Source: Verrucomicrobiota bacterium (lineage in GTDB: Bacteria; Verrucomicrobiota; Verrucomicrobiia; Limisphaerales; UBA11358). From it: a DNA stretch of 64,000 bases. The stretch is taken from NCBI GenBank assembly GCA_050012035.1, contig JBEKHY010000016.1, forward strand, positions 93,528-157,527, read 5' to 3'. The notes beneath the pieces were generated by a model. The model did not search any database, was not told the DNA's origin, and saw only the letters and a list, made by a program, of their open reading frames with translations. Positions 40,701-49,567 of the stretch are shown here, in pieces; within the stretch, counting starts at the first letter, position 1; every line of letters starts with the position of its first letter. The translations under genes and the position numbers were made by a program.

Positions 40701-41125
40701 ATTTCCGACACGCAACCTTGAACGACTGTGCTCTGCTGGCGGAACTCAACCATCAGTTGATCCGTGACGAGGGACATCGAAATCCGATGACGGGTCCCGA
40801 ACTGGAACAGCGCATGAAAGGCTGGCTGGCTTCTGAATACTCGGCAGCGATTTTTGAGAACGGCGGGGAAGTGGTTGCCTACGCCTTGTATCGCGAGCAG
40901 CCGGAGGAGATATATTTGCGGCAACTCTTCGTCGTGCGAAACCACCGCCGGCAGGGCTTTGGCCGTCAAGCCATGAAAATTCTCATCACAAAAATCTGGC
41001 CAGCGAACAAGCGCCTGACGGTTGAGGTTTTGGTCCGCAACCCGGCAGCCATTGCCTTCTGGCGGGCGGTTGGCTACAAGGATTATTGCCTGACGCTGGA
41101 AATTTTGCCGGTGGCAGCACCCTAG
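40697..41125 (+). CDS. GNAT acetyltransferase
   Basis: QLFV...RRQGFGR, N..AIAFW..VGY; ATGA overlap with the previous gene. Confidence 0.88.
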   Translation: MNFRHATLNDCALLAELNHQLIRDEGHRNPMTGPELEQRMKGWLASEYSAAIFENGGEVVAYALYREQPEEIYLRQLFVVRNHRRQGFGRQAMKILITKIWPANKRLTVEVLVRNPAAIAFWRAVGYKDYCLTLEILPVAAP

Positions 41126-41163
41126 GTGCGATACCTTTGGAGAAATCGCGTGCCCTGATTTTC

Positions 41164-41284
41164 AAGCTCCGTCAGGAGCACATCTTCTGAACATGCCGCG
41201 CCGCCGGCGCTCTCAAATCTTGACGCGAATTGCGCGGATTTTCGCGAATTGAATTTGTGTTAATTCGTGAAATTCGCGTCAAAA
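41164..41284. repeat. Two adjacent REP-like palindromic elements
   Basis: AAGCTCCGTCAGGAGC... then TTGACGCGAATT...AATTCGCGTCAA; a relative of the second element lies at 49491-49536. Confidence 0.65.
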
Positions 41285-41317
41285 AAATTTCCTATCGTCG
41301 CCTTCGCGTGCATTGGT

Positions 41318-42481
41318 TTAATCCTCGGCCCGCTCGCCGGCCGGGGCCATTTTGACGAGGCGCGGGAAAAATTTCGCCAGCGATTCCACCAAATCGGTTT
41401 GCGCGGCCATGACTTCCTCGATGTTTTTATAGACCATCGGCACTTCATCCAGGCCGGCGGAAATCAGTTTCACACCGCGTTCATCCAGATAGGGTTGCAC
41501 CATCTTCCAGTTGAAACTTTCCCTGGCCTTGTGGCGGCTCATCACGCGGCCCGCGCCGTGCGAGGCGGAGTTGAGCGACGCGGCGTTGCCCTTGCCACGC
41601 GCCACAAATGTCGGGCTGGCCATCGAACCGGGAATCACGCCCAGCACGCCCGCGCCCGCCGGTGTCGCGCCTTTGCGATGCACGATGAGGTCGCGTCCGC
41701 CGTGGCGCTCCTTCCACGCGAAGTTGTGGTGGTTTTCAATGTCCAGCAACACGCCCGCGCCAAGATGCCGCGCGATGTGTTTGTGGATGAGATAATGATT
41801 CGCGGAGGCGTATTGGCCCATCAATTCCATCGCCGCCCAGTATTCCTGGCCATCGGCGGAATCAAGGTCGAGCCACGCGAGATAGCTAAGTTCCTTTGGC
41901 AAGTCCTTGCGCTTCGCGCGCGCGACGCGGCTGTAATGGTCGCAAACCTGTGCGCCGGTGCCGCGGCTGCCGCTGTGGCTTAACAAGCCGAGATACGTGC
42001 CCGGCTCCAAGCCGAGTTCCTTAGTCTCCACGGTGAATTCGCCGAACTCGACGAAATGATTGCCGCTGCCGCTGGTGCCGAGTTGCGCCGCCGCCTTGTC
42101 GCGAAAACGCTGCGTGACGGGGCTGACCGACCAGTCCGCGTCCATCACCGGATGCGTGCGGCGATGTTTGAATTCCACGCCAATGCCGAACCGCGTCTCG
42201 GCCTCGATGGCGCGGATAAGATCGGTTTCATGGCGGCGCAGCCAGTCGAGCGGCAAATCGAGCACGGTAAGCTTGACGCGGCAGGCGATGTCCACGCCCA
42301 CGGCGTAGGGGATGACGGCGTTGTCGGTGGCGAGCACGCCGCCGATGGGCAGGCCGTAGCCGACGTGGGCGTCGGGCATGAGCGCGGCGGCGACGGACAC
42401 GGGCAGTTGGCAGGCATTCTCCATCTGCTGGAGCGCGTTGGCGTCCAAGTCCGTGCCCCATTGGCGGTAGGTGATGGGCAT
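41318..42481 (-). CDS. rtcB: RtcB family RNA ligase
   Basis: MPDAH.GYGLPIG, VGVDIAC, GSGNHFVE, HSGSRG, HHN, HRKGAT, SHGAGR, DE.P..YK. Confidence 0.96.
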   Translation of the reverse strand: MPITYRQWGTDLDANALQQMENACQLPVSVAAALMPDAHVGYGLPIGGVLATDNAVIPYAVGVDIACRVKLTVLDLPLDWLRRHETDLIRAIEAETRFGIGVEFKHRRTHPVMDADWSVSPVTQRFRDKAAAQLGTSGSGNHFVEFGEFTVETKELGLEPGTYLGLLSHSGSRGTGAQVCDHYSRVARAKRKDLPKELSYLAWLDLDSADGQEYWAAMELMGQYASANHYLIHKHIARHLGAGVLLDIENHHNFAWKERHGGRDLIVHRKGATPAGAGVLGVIPGSMASPTFVARGKGNAASLNSASHGAGRVMSRHKARESFNWKMVQPYLDERGVKLISAGLDEVPMVYKNIEEVMAAQTDLVESLAKFFPRLVKMAPAGERAED

Positions 42482-42741
42482 AATGGCAAAGAGAAGTTAC
42501 GCCCGGAAAACGGAAGTGAGAAGTGAGAAGTGCGGGGCGCGGACTTGAGTCCACTTGAACATTTCAAACTGGGAGTCACCGGGAGGAACCCGGCACAGGT
42601 TGGCTGGCGTGAGTCAAAGCGACGTAAACGCCGCGCTCCATCCGGCAGGGATTCGGAATGGGCGGCCGAACAGAAGTTTCAGAATGAAATGTGACAACGG
42701 TGATTTGCGTTTTTGGCGGATTGGAATATGGTTGCCACATT

Positions 42742-42975
42742 ATGGAACCGACGATTGCGCAAAAATCTCCGTTCGTTCAAAAAGTCGAACCCGGCACGTA
42801 TTGGTGGTGCGCGTGCGGAAAATCAAAGGGCCAGCCATTTTGCGACGGCTCGCACAAGGGCAGTGGTTTCGCGCCGAAGAAGGTGGAAATCACCGAAACC
42901 AGGACGCTGGCCTGGTGTGGTTGCAAGCACTCGAAGGACGCGCCGTTCTGCGACGGCAGCCACGCCGGATTGTAA
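42742..42975 (+). CDS. CDGSH iron-sulfur domain protein (two CDGSH motifs)
   Basis: WCACGKS..QPFCDGSH and WCGCKHS..APFCDGSH. Confidence 0.95.
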   Translation: MEPTIAQKSPFVQKVEPGTYWWCACGKSKGQPFCDGSHKGSGFAPKKVEITETRTLAWCGCKHSKDAPFCDGSHAGL

Positions 42976-43021
42976 CCGATCGCGGGTGACGAGTGACGAA
43001 TGACACGTCACACGGCACGGG

Positions 43022-43504
43022 TCACGCATCCTTCTTCCGAAAGAGGTGGTGCGGATTGGCCACATTGAGCACAGAGAGATCGAGTCCGCGGTCGGGGTTG
43101 CGTTCGCGCGCGGTTTTGAGCCGGCGCGCCAGGCGTTTCACCGTGCCAGTAGCGTAGTATTTCACCACTCCCACCCCCACCTCGGCTTTGAAAATCACGA
43201 CCAGCAGGCAATGTTCATCCACGTTTACGACGAACATGCTGGATTTTTCGCCCTGCTGGTAAATGCTGTCGAAGTTCGATTCCTGGACGAGGCCGGCAAT
43301 GGTCTGGTTGGCCAGGTAAGCGCCGGACGCGAGCGCGCTGATGGTGGTGAGATCAAATTGCGCGGCATCGCCCTGATGCGTGATGAGAAAGCCGCCCTTG
43401 TCGATGATCAGCGCCGTCGTCGCCCCGGTGTGGGCGATGAACTGGCGGAGCGTTGCGTCCAACAAATGAATATCGCTCTCGACGAGTTGGGGCAAGGTGG
43501 CCAT
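43022..43504 (-). CDS. mglB: Roadblock/LC7 protein, MglB-like
   Basis: ALIIDKGGFLI...ISALASG...IAGLVQESNF..IYQQG...LLVVIF; directly downstream of mglA. Confidence 0.85.
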   Translation of the reverse strand: MATLPQLVESDIHLLDATLRQFIAHTGATTALIIDKGGFLITHQGDAAQFDLTTISALASGAYLANQTIAGLVQESNFDSIYQQGEKSSMFVVNVDEHCLLVVIFKAEVGVGVVKYYATGTVKRLARRLKTARERNPDRGLDLSVLNVANPHHLFRKKDA

Positions 43505-43505
43505 G

Positions 43506-44120
43506 TCATGCGTATTGCGGAACGCTTTGGTTGATGAATTTTTGCAACAACAGGCGCGTGATCATGTTCAGTGTCTCGAAGACACCTTCGCATTTGTGCG
43601 CCGTGGCGGTGAACGACGGCACCTGCAGTTCGCGGTTGTTCAGGAGAAACTCCATGTATTCCGCCGGCGCGGTGTTGGGCAGGTCGCGCTTGTTGTATTG
43701 CAGCACGTAGGGAATGTCGTCGAAATTGAGCTTGAGCGTGTTCAGGTTGTCCAGCAGGTTTTGAAAACTCTCGACGTTCTCCGGCATTTTTTCGTACTGC
43801 GAATCGGCGACGAACACGATGCCATCCACCCCGCGCAGCACCAGTTGACGGGTGGTGTTGTAAATCACCTGGCCGGGCACGGTATAAAGCTGGAACTTCG
43901 TCTTGAAACCCTTGATGGTCATCGCCTCAATCGGCAGGAAATCGAAGAACAACGTGCGGTCGGAGCTGGTCGCCAGCGATACGAGTTTGCCTTTGTTGCC
44001 CGCGGCGGTTTGGACGTGGTCGTGGACCTGGACAAGGTTAGTGGTCTTACCGCCCATAGCCGGGCCGTAATAGACGATTTTGACCTGCAACTCTTTGGTA
44101 GCTTGATTGATGATGGCCAT
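43506..44120 (-). CDS. mglA: MglA-family small GTPase
   Basis: KIVYYGPAMGGKTTNL, DRTLFFDFLP, YTVPGQV.Y, DGIVFVADS, QYNKRDLP. Start set at MAIIN. Confidence 0.95.
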   Translation of the reverse strand: MAIINQATKELQVKIVYYGPAMGGKTTNLVQVHDHVQTAAGNKGKLVSLATSSDRTLFFDFLPIEAMTIKGFKTKFQLYTVPGQVIYNTTRQLVLRGVDGIVFVADSQYEKMPENVESFQNLLDNLNTLKLNFDDIPYVLQYNKRDLPNTAPAEYMEFLLNNRELQVPSFTATAHKCEGVFETLNMITRLLLQKFINQSVPQYA

Positions 44121-44127
44121 AAAATGA

Positions 44128-45843
44128 TTACTGTTTTTTACGGTCGAGTTCGGCGGCCAGCAGGGCCAGTTGCGCCGTGGGCAACGCTTCGCCGACGCGA
44201 CCAAACGCGGCGAAATAGACGGCGTTCACCCGGTAAATTTTCCACGGCACGTTGCCGACGGTGAAATTCACGTTGTTCAGCGGGCCCATGCGCAATTCCC
44301 GCGTGCTCTGACCCAGCCGGTCAAAAATTTGCGGCAAAAATGCGGCCAGGGTGTCGGCATTCAACTCCGCCGGCACCTGGCTGGCCACCTTCAAACCGTC
44401 CTGCAGTGCCACGAGCGCGCCCGCCACACCGGGCAATGTCACGGCGCGGGCGACGACGTCCTTCGGCATCGCCCGACGACTGGTAAAATCGGTTGGGGGC
44501 GTTGCCGGACGTTTGTGTTCGACTTCCTCTACCTTCGGCGTTTCGCCGTTGTCGCCCCAAATGTAGTAATTCGTGTCAGGCGGCTTAGTGCCCGCCGGCT
44601 TGGGCACGTAACGGGCGACTTCCGGCTGCGGCACGGCCACCTCCGGCGGTGGCGCCGTCACTTCCGGTTGCGATTGCGGCTGTGGAAAACCGAAAAACAG
44701 ATCGGGAATTTCAGGGGCAATGGCGACTTTCCGCTGCAGTCTGACCGCCGTCTTTTGTCGTCCGAAAAACAGCGGGGCGATGACTTTCAGCGGCAGCTCC
44801 AGTTCAACCCCGTCGTGGGCGGAATCCGCCGGCGGCACGGGGCGGATCCAAGAACGCACATCGCGCCATGAGAAGATCACGCGCCCGCGTTTTAATGCCG
44901 GTTCCACCAGATGTACCGGCAAGGCAACCTGGGCGTTCATCAAAATCATCTGTGCGATTTCCTGCCGCAACGCCTCCGGCCAGTTTTCCGAGAGCGTAGC
45001 CAACGGCGCGAAAATGGTTGACGGCGCGGGTTCGGGCGGAATTGCCGGATGTGCGGCGGGCGTCGTCGTCGGTGAAACCGGCGCAGCGGGATATGTTCGG
45101 GGTACGCCCTTGCGCAGCGCAGGACCCATGGAGGCTGGCACCGGCGGCGAGGCACGAGAAGCAAACGAGGGCCGCGGCACGATTGGATTGGGGGAAACAG
45201 CGGGCCAGGAAGCCGGCAAAATGGTTCTGGGCGGCGGCACCGGCGTCGGCGGGGGTTTGAGCGGTGCGACGGTAAAGGTAATCCCCCGACCGCGGCCCTC
45301 AAACGGGCCGGTGATATTGTCAGCGACTTCGATCTTCTTTTGTGTGGAACGACGCGATAACAAGGCCGGATTAAGCCGCGCGAGAATTTCGTTCAGCGGC
45401 AAGGTCACCGGCCGGGAGTCATTTTCACCACCGGAGTTTGCGAAGAGGGCGGGTGCGGCGTGGCGCAATTCACCGAAACTGATTTTAACCGAGCCGTGCG
45501 CGAGCTGAGAAAGGACTTTTTCAATCGCAATGACCATCGTCGCGCCCGCCGGCGGCACCTGCATGAGCTTGGCGCGCAAATCCATCGGCAACGCGGCCAG
45601 CACCGCCTGCAGCGGCAGCTCCAACTCATCCGCCTCCGCCGAGTTCCCGGCAGGTGTTAGCGGTGGAGTGAACTCCGGTTGCGGTTGGGAGCCGGCAACG
45701 CGCTGTGGCTCCGCTGGCGGCGCAGTGACCGTGATGGGCCGCGGCAGTTCCACAGCGTTGACTTCATTCTCATCGAAGCGTTGGAGCAGGCCTCGGAGCA
45801 ACCCGACAAACTTTGTTTTCATGCTCTTTGGTATCACACTCAT
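44128..45843 (-). CDS. Pro-rich protein with two internal repeats and a C-terminal Roadblock/LC7 domain
   Basis: C-terminal LPGVAGALVALQDGLKVASQ...DTLAAFLPQIF; two related ~90-aa segments separated by Pro-rich linkers. Confidence 0.75.
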   Translation of the reverse strand: MSVIPKSMKTKFVGLLRGLLQRFDENEVNAVELPRPITVTAPPAEPQRVAGSQPQPEFTPPLTPAGNSAEADELELPLQAVLAALPMDLRAKLMQVPPAGATMVIAIEKVLSQLAHGSVKISFGELRHAAPALFANSGGENDSRPVTLPLNEILARLNPALLSRRSTQKKIEVADNITGPFEGRGRGITFTVAPLKPPPTPVPPPRTILPASWPAVSPNPIVPRPSFASRASPPVPASMGPALRKGVPRTYPAAPVSPTTTPAAHPAIPPEPAPSTIFAPLATLSENWPEALRQEIAQMILMNAQVALPVHLVEPALKRGRVIFSWRDVRSWIRPVPPADSAHDGVELELPLKVIAPLFFGRQKTAVRLQRKVAIAPEIPDLFFGFPQPQSQPEVTAPPPEVAVPQPEVARYVPKPAGTKPPDTNYYIWGDNGETPKVEEVEHKRPATPPTDFTSRRAMPKDVVARAVTLPGVAGALVALQDGLKVASQVPAELNADTLAAFLPQIFDRLGQSTRELRMGPLNNVNFTVGNVPWKIYRVNAVYFAAFGRVGEALPTAQLALLAAELDRKKQ

Positions 45844-45884
45844 GTTCCGTTGCCGATCAACCGGATAAGTTCGCCGGGAATTTC

Positions 45885-45900
45885 AGCAGGAAGCGCGCCA
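45885..45900 (-). promoter_or_regulatory. Putative sigma54 promoter for the Roadblock-mglA-mglB operon
   Basis: Minus strand TGGCGC-GCTTC-CTGCT, exact GG-N10-GC spacing, about 40 bp upstream of ATG 45843. Confidence 0.55.
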
Positions 45901-46030
45901 CGACCCTCTTTGTTCCAATCCCGACGCGCCCTTTCCAATTTTGGGCGGCCATGCGGAAAAGTTGTCCCACCGTTGGACTGATTTGTCCCTTGTTTGTCCA
46001 CAACGCAGCCGGAAATCTTTTCCGACGGGC

Positions 46031-46047
46031 GGGAACGGCGATTGCTT
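46031..46047 (+). promoter_or_regulatory. Putative sigma54 promoter for the REC-DUF4388 operon
   Basis: GGGAAC-GGCGA-TTGCT, GG-N10-GC spacing, about 80 bp upstream of ATG 46126. Confidence 0.5.
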
Positions 46048-46125
46048 CTCCCCAAACAAATGCTGTTAGCGCATTTTCATGCTTGAATTTACGTGGCAAC
46101 GGCATTAGCGATTGTGACTATCAGG

Positions 46126-47196
46126 ATGGAGAAGAGGCACAAAATTCTGGTTTTAGACGACGATGCAGACTGGCTCAAGTTGAGCAGCGAGATGCTGGCA
46201 CAGCTTCCCAGCAAACCTGAAATCCGCACCGTCGCGTCCGGCGCACGCGCCCTGGCGCTGCTGGAAACCGAGCCCTTCCGTTTGTTGATTTGCGACCTGA
46301 AAATGCCGCGCATTGACGGGCTGCAGGTGCTGGCCATCGTCCGCCGCCGCTTTCCCGAACTGCGCACGGTCGTCTTGAGCGCGCTCGAAGACGAGGAATT
46401 TCGTTCCCGCGCCTACGCACTGGGCGTGGATTTGTTCTGGCTCAAAACCGAGATGCAGCGCAACGTGCAGATGTATCTGGACTGTCTCGAATCGCTGCTG
46501 GGGCGGGACACCGATGGCGGTTTCCGTGGCATCCAAAGCAAAAGCCTCATGGACATCATCCAAATGGAATGTCTCTCCCGTAGTTCCACCGTATTGCGCC
46601 TCACGCGCGGTGCGCTCGTGGCGAAATTGTGGATTCAGGACGGCGAATTATTTGACGCCGAGGCTGAGGGCGTGCGGGGCGAGGCGGCGCTCCGGAGAAT
46701 CCTGGCGTGGAGATCGGGCACGTTTGAAAATTTGCCCGCCGAACCGAACCGCGAACGCACCATCACCAAGTCCGTCAATGCCCTGCTTCTCGAATCCGCG
46801 CAAGACATGGACGAAACGGCCAACCCCATCGAACCTGAATCCGTCGAACAAGCCGCGCACCGCAAAATCATCTGGAAACTGGCGGTGCTCACGCGCGAAA
46901 ACGCGGATTTCGTCGTTGCCGTCCCGTCCGAAGGCCAAGGCGAAGTCGAAGCCCTGGGCACACAATCCGTCGAGCCGCCCGCCCGATGGACGCGCCATGC
47001 CGTGGAAGTCGCCAAACGGCTCGGCGAACGCATTGAAGCCGGACCGCTGTCGCACCTCGCCGGGCACAACCTGGAGCGTCAGTTGCTCGTTTTACCCCGC
47101 GAGAACAAATCGTTCCTGGTCGGCTGGCCGCCGACCGTTGAAGCCGCGCCGTTGTTGGAAAAAAGCAAAAAACTTGTCGCCTCATGGGATTCTTAA
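46126..47196 (+). CDS. Response regulator: REC + DUF4388 (PATAN-like) + possible Roadblock-like tail
   Basis: ILVLDDD, LICDLKMP.IDG, VLSA and WLK (REC); FRG....LMDIIQM...GEAALRRILAWRSGTF (DUF4388). No DNA-binding domain. Confidence 0.82.
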   Translation: MEKRHKILVLDDDADWLKLSSEMLAQLPSKPEIRTVASGARALALLETEPFRLLICDLKMPRIDGLQVLAIVRRRFPELRTVVLSALEDEEFRSRAYALGVDLFWLKTEMQRNVQMYLDCLESLLGRDTDGGFRGIQSKSLMDIIQMECLSRSSTVLRLTRGALVAKLWIQDGELFDAEAEGVRGEAALRRILAWRSGTFENLPAEPNRERTITKSVNALLLESAQDMDETANPIEPESVEQAAHRKIIWKLAVLTRENADFVVAVPSEGQGEVEALGTQSVEPPARWTRHAVEVAKRLGERIEAGPLSHLAGHNLERQLLVLPRENKSFLVGWPPTVEAAPLLEKSKKLVASWDS

Positions 47197-47498
47197 AACG
47201 ACTATTTCATTTCCGCCGGTACCGCGCGGTGGTCCAGCAACTGCCGACCGGCAGCATTGCCGTGGACCGGGATGGCAACGTGGTCACGTCCACCGTTTCC
47301 TCCGCCTATCCGAAAGCCATGCTGCACGAAATCGGGCGGGGCGTCCTGACCCTCTTCCGCGAGGCGCGCGAGGCCCAAATGCCACTCGCCGAAGTCAGCA
47401 TTTATTTCGTCAGCCTGCGCATCACCGCCCGCGAGTTGCGTGGCGGCGCCGTCATTTTCCTTTTCCCCCAAACCGCGCTTTCACCGATGCAAACCTGA
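47184..47498 (+). CDS. Small protein, possibly Roadblock-like fold
   Basis: GSIAVDRDGNVVTST beta-hairpin, long helix, three strands; overlaps the upstream gene. Confidence 0.6.
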   Translation: MGFLKRLFHFRRYRAVVQQLPTGSIAVDRDGNVVTSTVSSAYPKAMLHEIGRGVLTLFREAREAQMPLAEVSIYFVSLRITARELRGGAVIFLFPQTALSPMQT

Positions 47499-47506
47499 TC
47501 AAGCCT

Positions 47507-47899
47507 ATGACCGCCAAAGAACTCAACCAACTGGTCACTCAAATTGAAACTCATATTGAGTGCTGGAAACAGTTCAACCACTTCGTCAACGTCGCCCGCA
47601 ACAAAAAATTCGGGCCGGCGGAGGAGAACCATTTCCTCGAAATCAAAAGCATTATCGTGCAGGAACTGGAATTGATTTACGCCGCCGTCGAAGTCGCCTC
47701 GCCCACGCGCGACGAGGTCCACGGGCTCATCGGCAACGCGCCGTCGCTGCGGTTCCTCAGCGAGATGAGCGAAGGCGCGTTGCGCGGCATCGAGACCCAG
47801 TGGCACAAAATCTACATCGGCTGGCACTCCATCCTCGGCCAGCTCAAGGTCAAACAACACGCCGAGGAGGGCAAAGCCTTCTGGGGATCAAAAAAGTAA
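47507..47899 (+). CDS. Hypothetical all-helical protein (130 aa)
   Basis: The 3' part of track ORF 46514-47899, from MTAKELNQL, has protein-like composition and GC3-biased codons; 8 bp after the previous stop. Confidence 0.75.
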   Translation: MTAKELNQLVTQIETHIECWKQFNHFVNVARNKKFGPAEENHFLEIKSIIVQELELIYAAVEVASPTRDEVHGLIGNAPSLRFLSEMSEGALRGIETQWHKIYIGWHSILGQLKVKQHAEEGKAFWGSKK

Positions 47900-47954
47900 C
47901 TGCCTCCCCTGCTTCTTCCTTGCCTGCCGCGCGATTTTCGCGTCCAAATGATTC

Positions 47955-48746
47955 ATGCCTGACTGGATTGTCGTTGCCATTCTGGGGTTGATTGAGGGAA
48001 TTACCGAGTTCATCCCGGTTTCGTCCACCGGCCATTTGCTCGTCGCCGAGCACTGGCTGCCGCGCCAGACCGACCTCTTCAACATCGTCATCCAATGTGG
48101 CGCGGTCATCGCCGTGTTGCCGCTCTTTCCGCGCCGGCTTTACAAATTCGTCTTTGAATGGCGTCAAAAGGAAACGCAGGATTATCTGCTGAAGATTTTT
48201 GCCGCCTTTGTCATCACCTGTGCCGGCGGTTTCATCATTGACAAGCAAGGCTTCAAACTGCCGGAAGAACTCGCGCCGGTCGCCTGGGCCTTGCTCATCG
48301 GCGGCGGCGCCTTCCTCGCCATTGAATGGTGGCTGCACGGGCGCAAACTCAGGAACGAGATTACCTGGCCCATCGCCATCGCCGTCGGCCTCGGCCAGCT
48401 CATCGCGGCGGTCTTCCCCGGCACATCGCGTTCCGGCTCAACGATCCTCCTCTGCCTGTTGCTGGGCTTGAACCGTCCGGCGGCGACGGAATTTTCCTTT
48501 CTCGTCGGCATCCCGACGATGCTTGCGGCCGGCGCGCTGAAAATTTTCGAGGCGTTTCACCATCACGGTTCCGAGCCCGCTCATGAGAACTGGGGCATGC
48601 TCCTGCTAGCCACGGCGATTGCCGCCGTGACTTCATTCATTGCCGTGAAATGGCTGTTGCGCTACGTCCAGACGCACACGTTTAACCTGTTTGGCTGGTA
48701 TCGCATCGCGCTGGCCGTCGTGATATTTCTTCTGATGCTGCGTTAA
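47955..48746 (+). CDS. uppP: Undecaprenyl-diphosphate phosphatase
   Basis: LGLIEGITEFIPVSSTGHL, PGTSRSGST, EFSFL, FGWYRI. Confidence 0.96.
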   Translation: MPDWIVVAILGLIEGITEFIPVSSTGHLLVAEHWLPRQTDLFNIVIQCGAVIAVLPLFPRRLYKFVFEWRQKETQDYLLKIFAAFVITCAGGFIIDKQGFKLPEELAPVAWALLIGGGAFLAIEWWLHGRKLRNEITWPIAIAVGLGQLIAAVFPGTSRSGSTILLCLLLGLNRPAATEFSFLVGIPTMLAAGALKIFEAFHHHGSEPAHENWGMLLLATAIAAVTSFIAVKWLLRYVQTHTFNLFGWYRIALAVVIFLLMLR

Positions 48747-48760
48747 AAAAACTCCGAAAA

Positions 48761-48822
48761 GGGGGAGTTCCGTGAGTTCCCGATCACAAACCAATTGGGG
48801 ACTCGCGGAGTTCGTCCCTCCA
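48761..48822. repeat. GGAG-type REP-like doublet between convergent genes
   Basis: GGGGGAGTTCCGTGAGTTCC...GGGACTCGCGGAGTTCGTCCCTCC. Confidence 0.6.
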
Positions 48823-48827
48823 AAGGA

Positions 48828-49415
48828 TTATTGCGCCGGCGCGGGGATGAAAATCTTTTTTCCGACCACCAGGTTTTTGGGATCCAATCCGGGATTCGCC
48901 TTCAATATCTGGTCCACCGTCACTTTGACGCCCTGATCACGATACGCCTTGGCGATGGCTGACAAAGTATTGCCGCTTTGGACTTCGTAATAAAAACCCT
49001 TTTGCGGGCCACCGGCCGGCGTGGGATTTTCCGTCGGCGCCGCAGTCACGCCGGGTGGCGATTTGCGACCGGTCGTAGAACCGCCGGCGACTTTGCCGAG
49101 CTTTTCGATTTCCTTCAAAATCAGGTCATTGTCCGCCTGCTGTTTCTTGGCCAGTTCCTGGACCTGCGTGGCGAGCTTCTGCAAATCATCCGCGCCGGCG
49201 TAATTGTTCGCGCCGGGCAGGTTCATTTTGTCGCGCAGGTTGGCGACTTCCTTTTCCAGCGCCTCGATGCGTTTGTCCTGTGCGGCCTGCGCCGCAAGCA
49301 AATCCTGCACGTAACCTTCCACCTTGTTAAGACGCTCGGTTTGTTCGACGTCCTGCGCGCGCACCGCCATCGTGGTAAAGGCCAGAACGATAAGCCAAAA
49401 CGAAATTTTTTTCAT
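48828..49415 (-). CDS. Secreted coiled-coil plus LysM domain protein
   Basis: Signal peptide, coiled coil, C-terminal YEVQSGNTLSAIA...ILKANPGL...LVVGKKIFIP. Confidence 0.9.
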   Translation of the reverse strand: MKKISFWLIVLAFTTMAVRAQDVEQTERLNKVEGYVQDLLAAQAAQDKRIEALEKEVANLRDKMNLPGANNYAGADDLQKLATQVQELAKKQQADNDLILKEIEKLGKVAGGSTTGRKSPPGVTAAPTENPTPAGGPQKGFYYEVQSGNTLSAIAKAYRDQGVKVTVDQILKANPGLDPKNLVVGKKIFIPAPAQ

Positions 49416-49567
49416 GCGCCGAAAATAAACTTCCGCCGGTGCGCGTCAAGTTGAAGTGCGAGTGGTACACGCAAGAAGTCCAGCGTTCGTTTAGACGCGA
49501 ATGGCGCCAGTTTTCTCAAATTTAGTTCGCGTCAAAGAATCCATGTCCATCCGTGGTTAAAAATTGT

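Noticed and set aside
41318-42975. rtcB as part of an RNA-repair operon
   Set aside because: No rtcA, rtcR, TROVE/Ro, archease or Y-RNA-like neighbour recognised; it appears stand-alone.
46514-47506. 5' two-thirds of the 461-aa track ORF 46514-47899
   Set aside because: Out-of-frame shadow of the response regulator and the 104-aa gene; only the part from ATG 47507 is protein-like.
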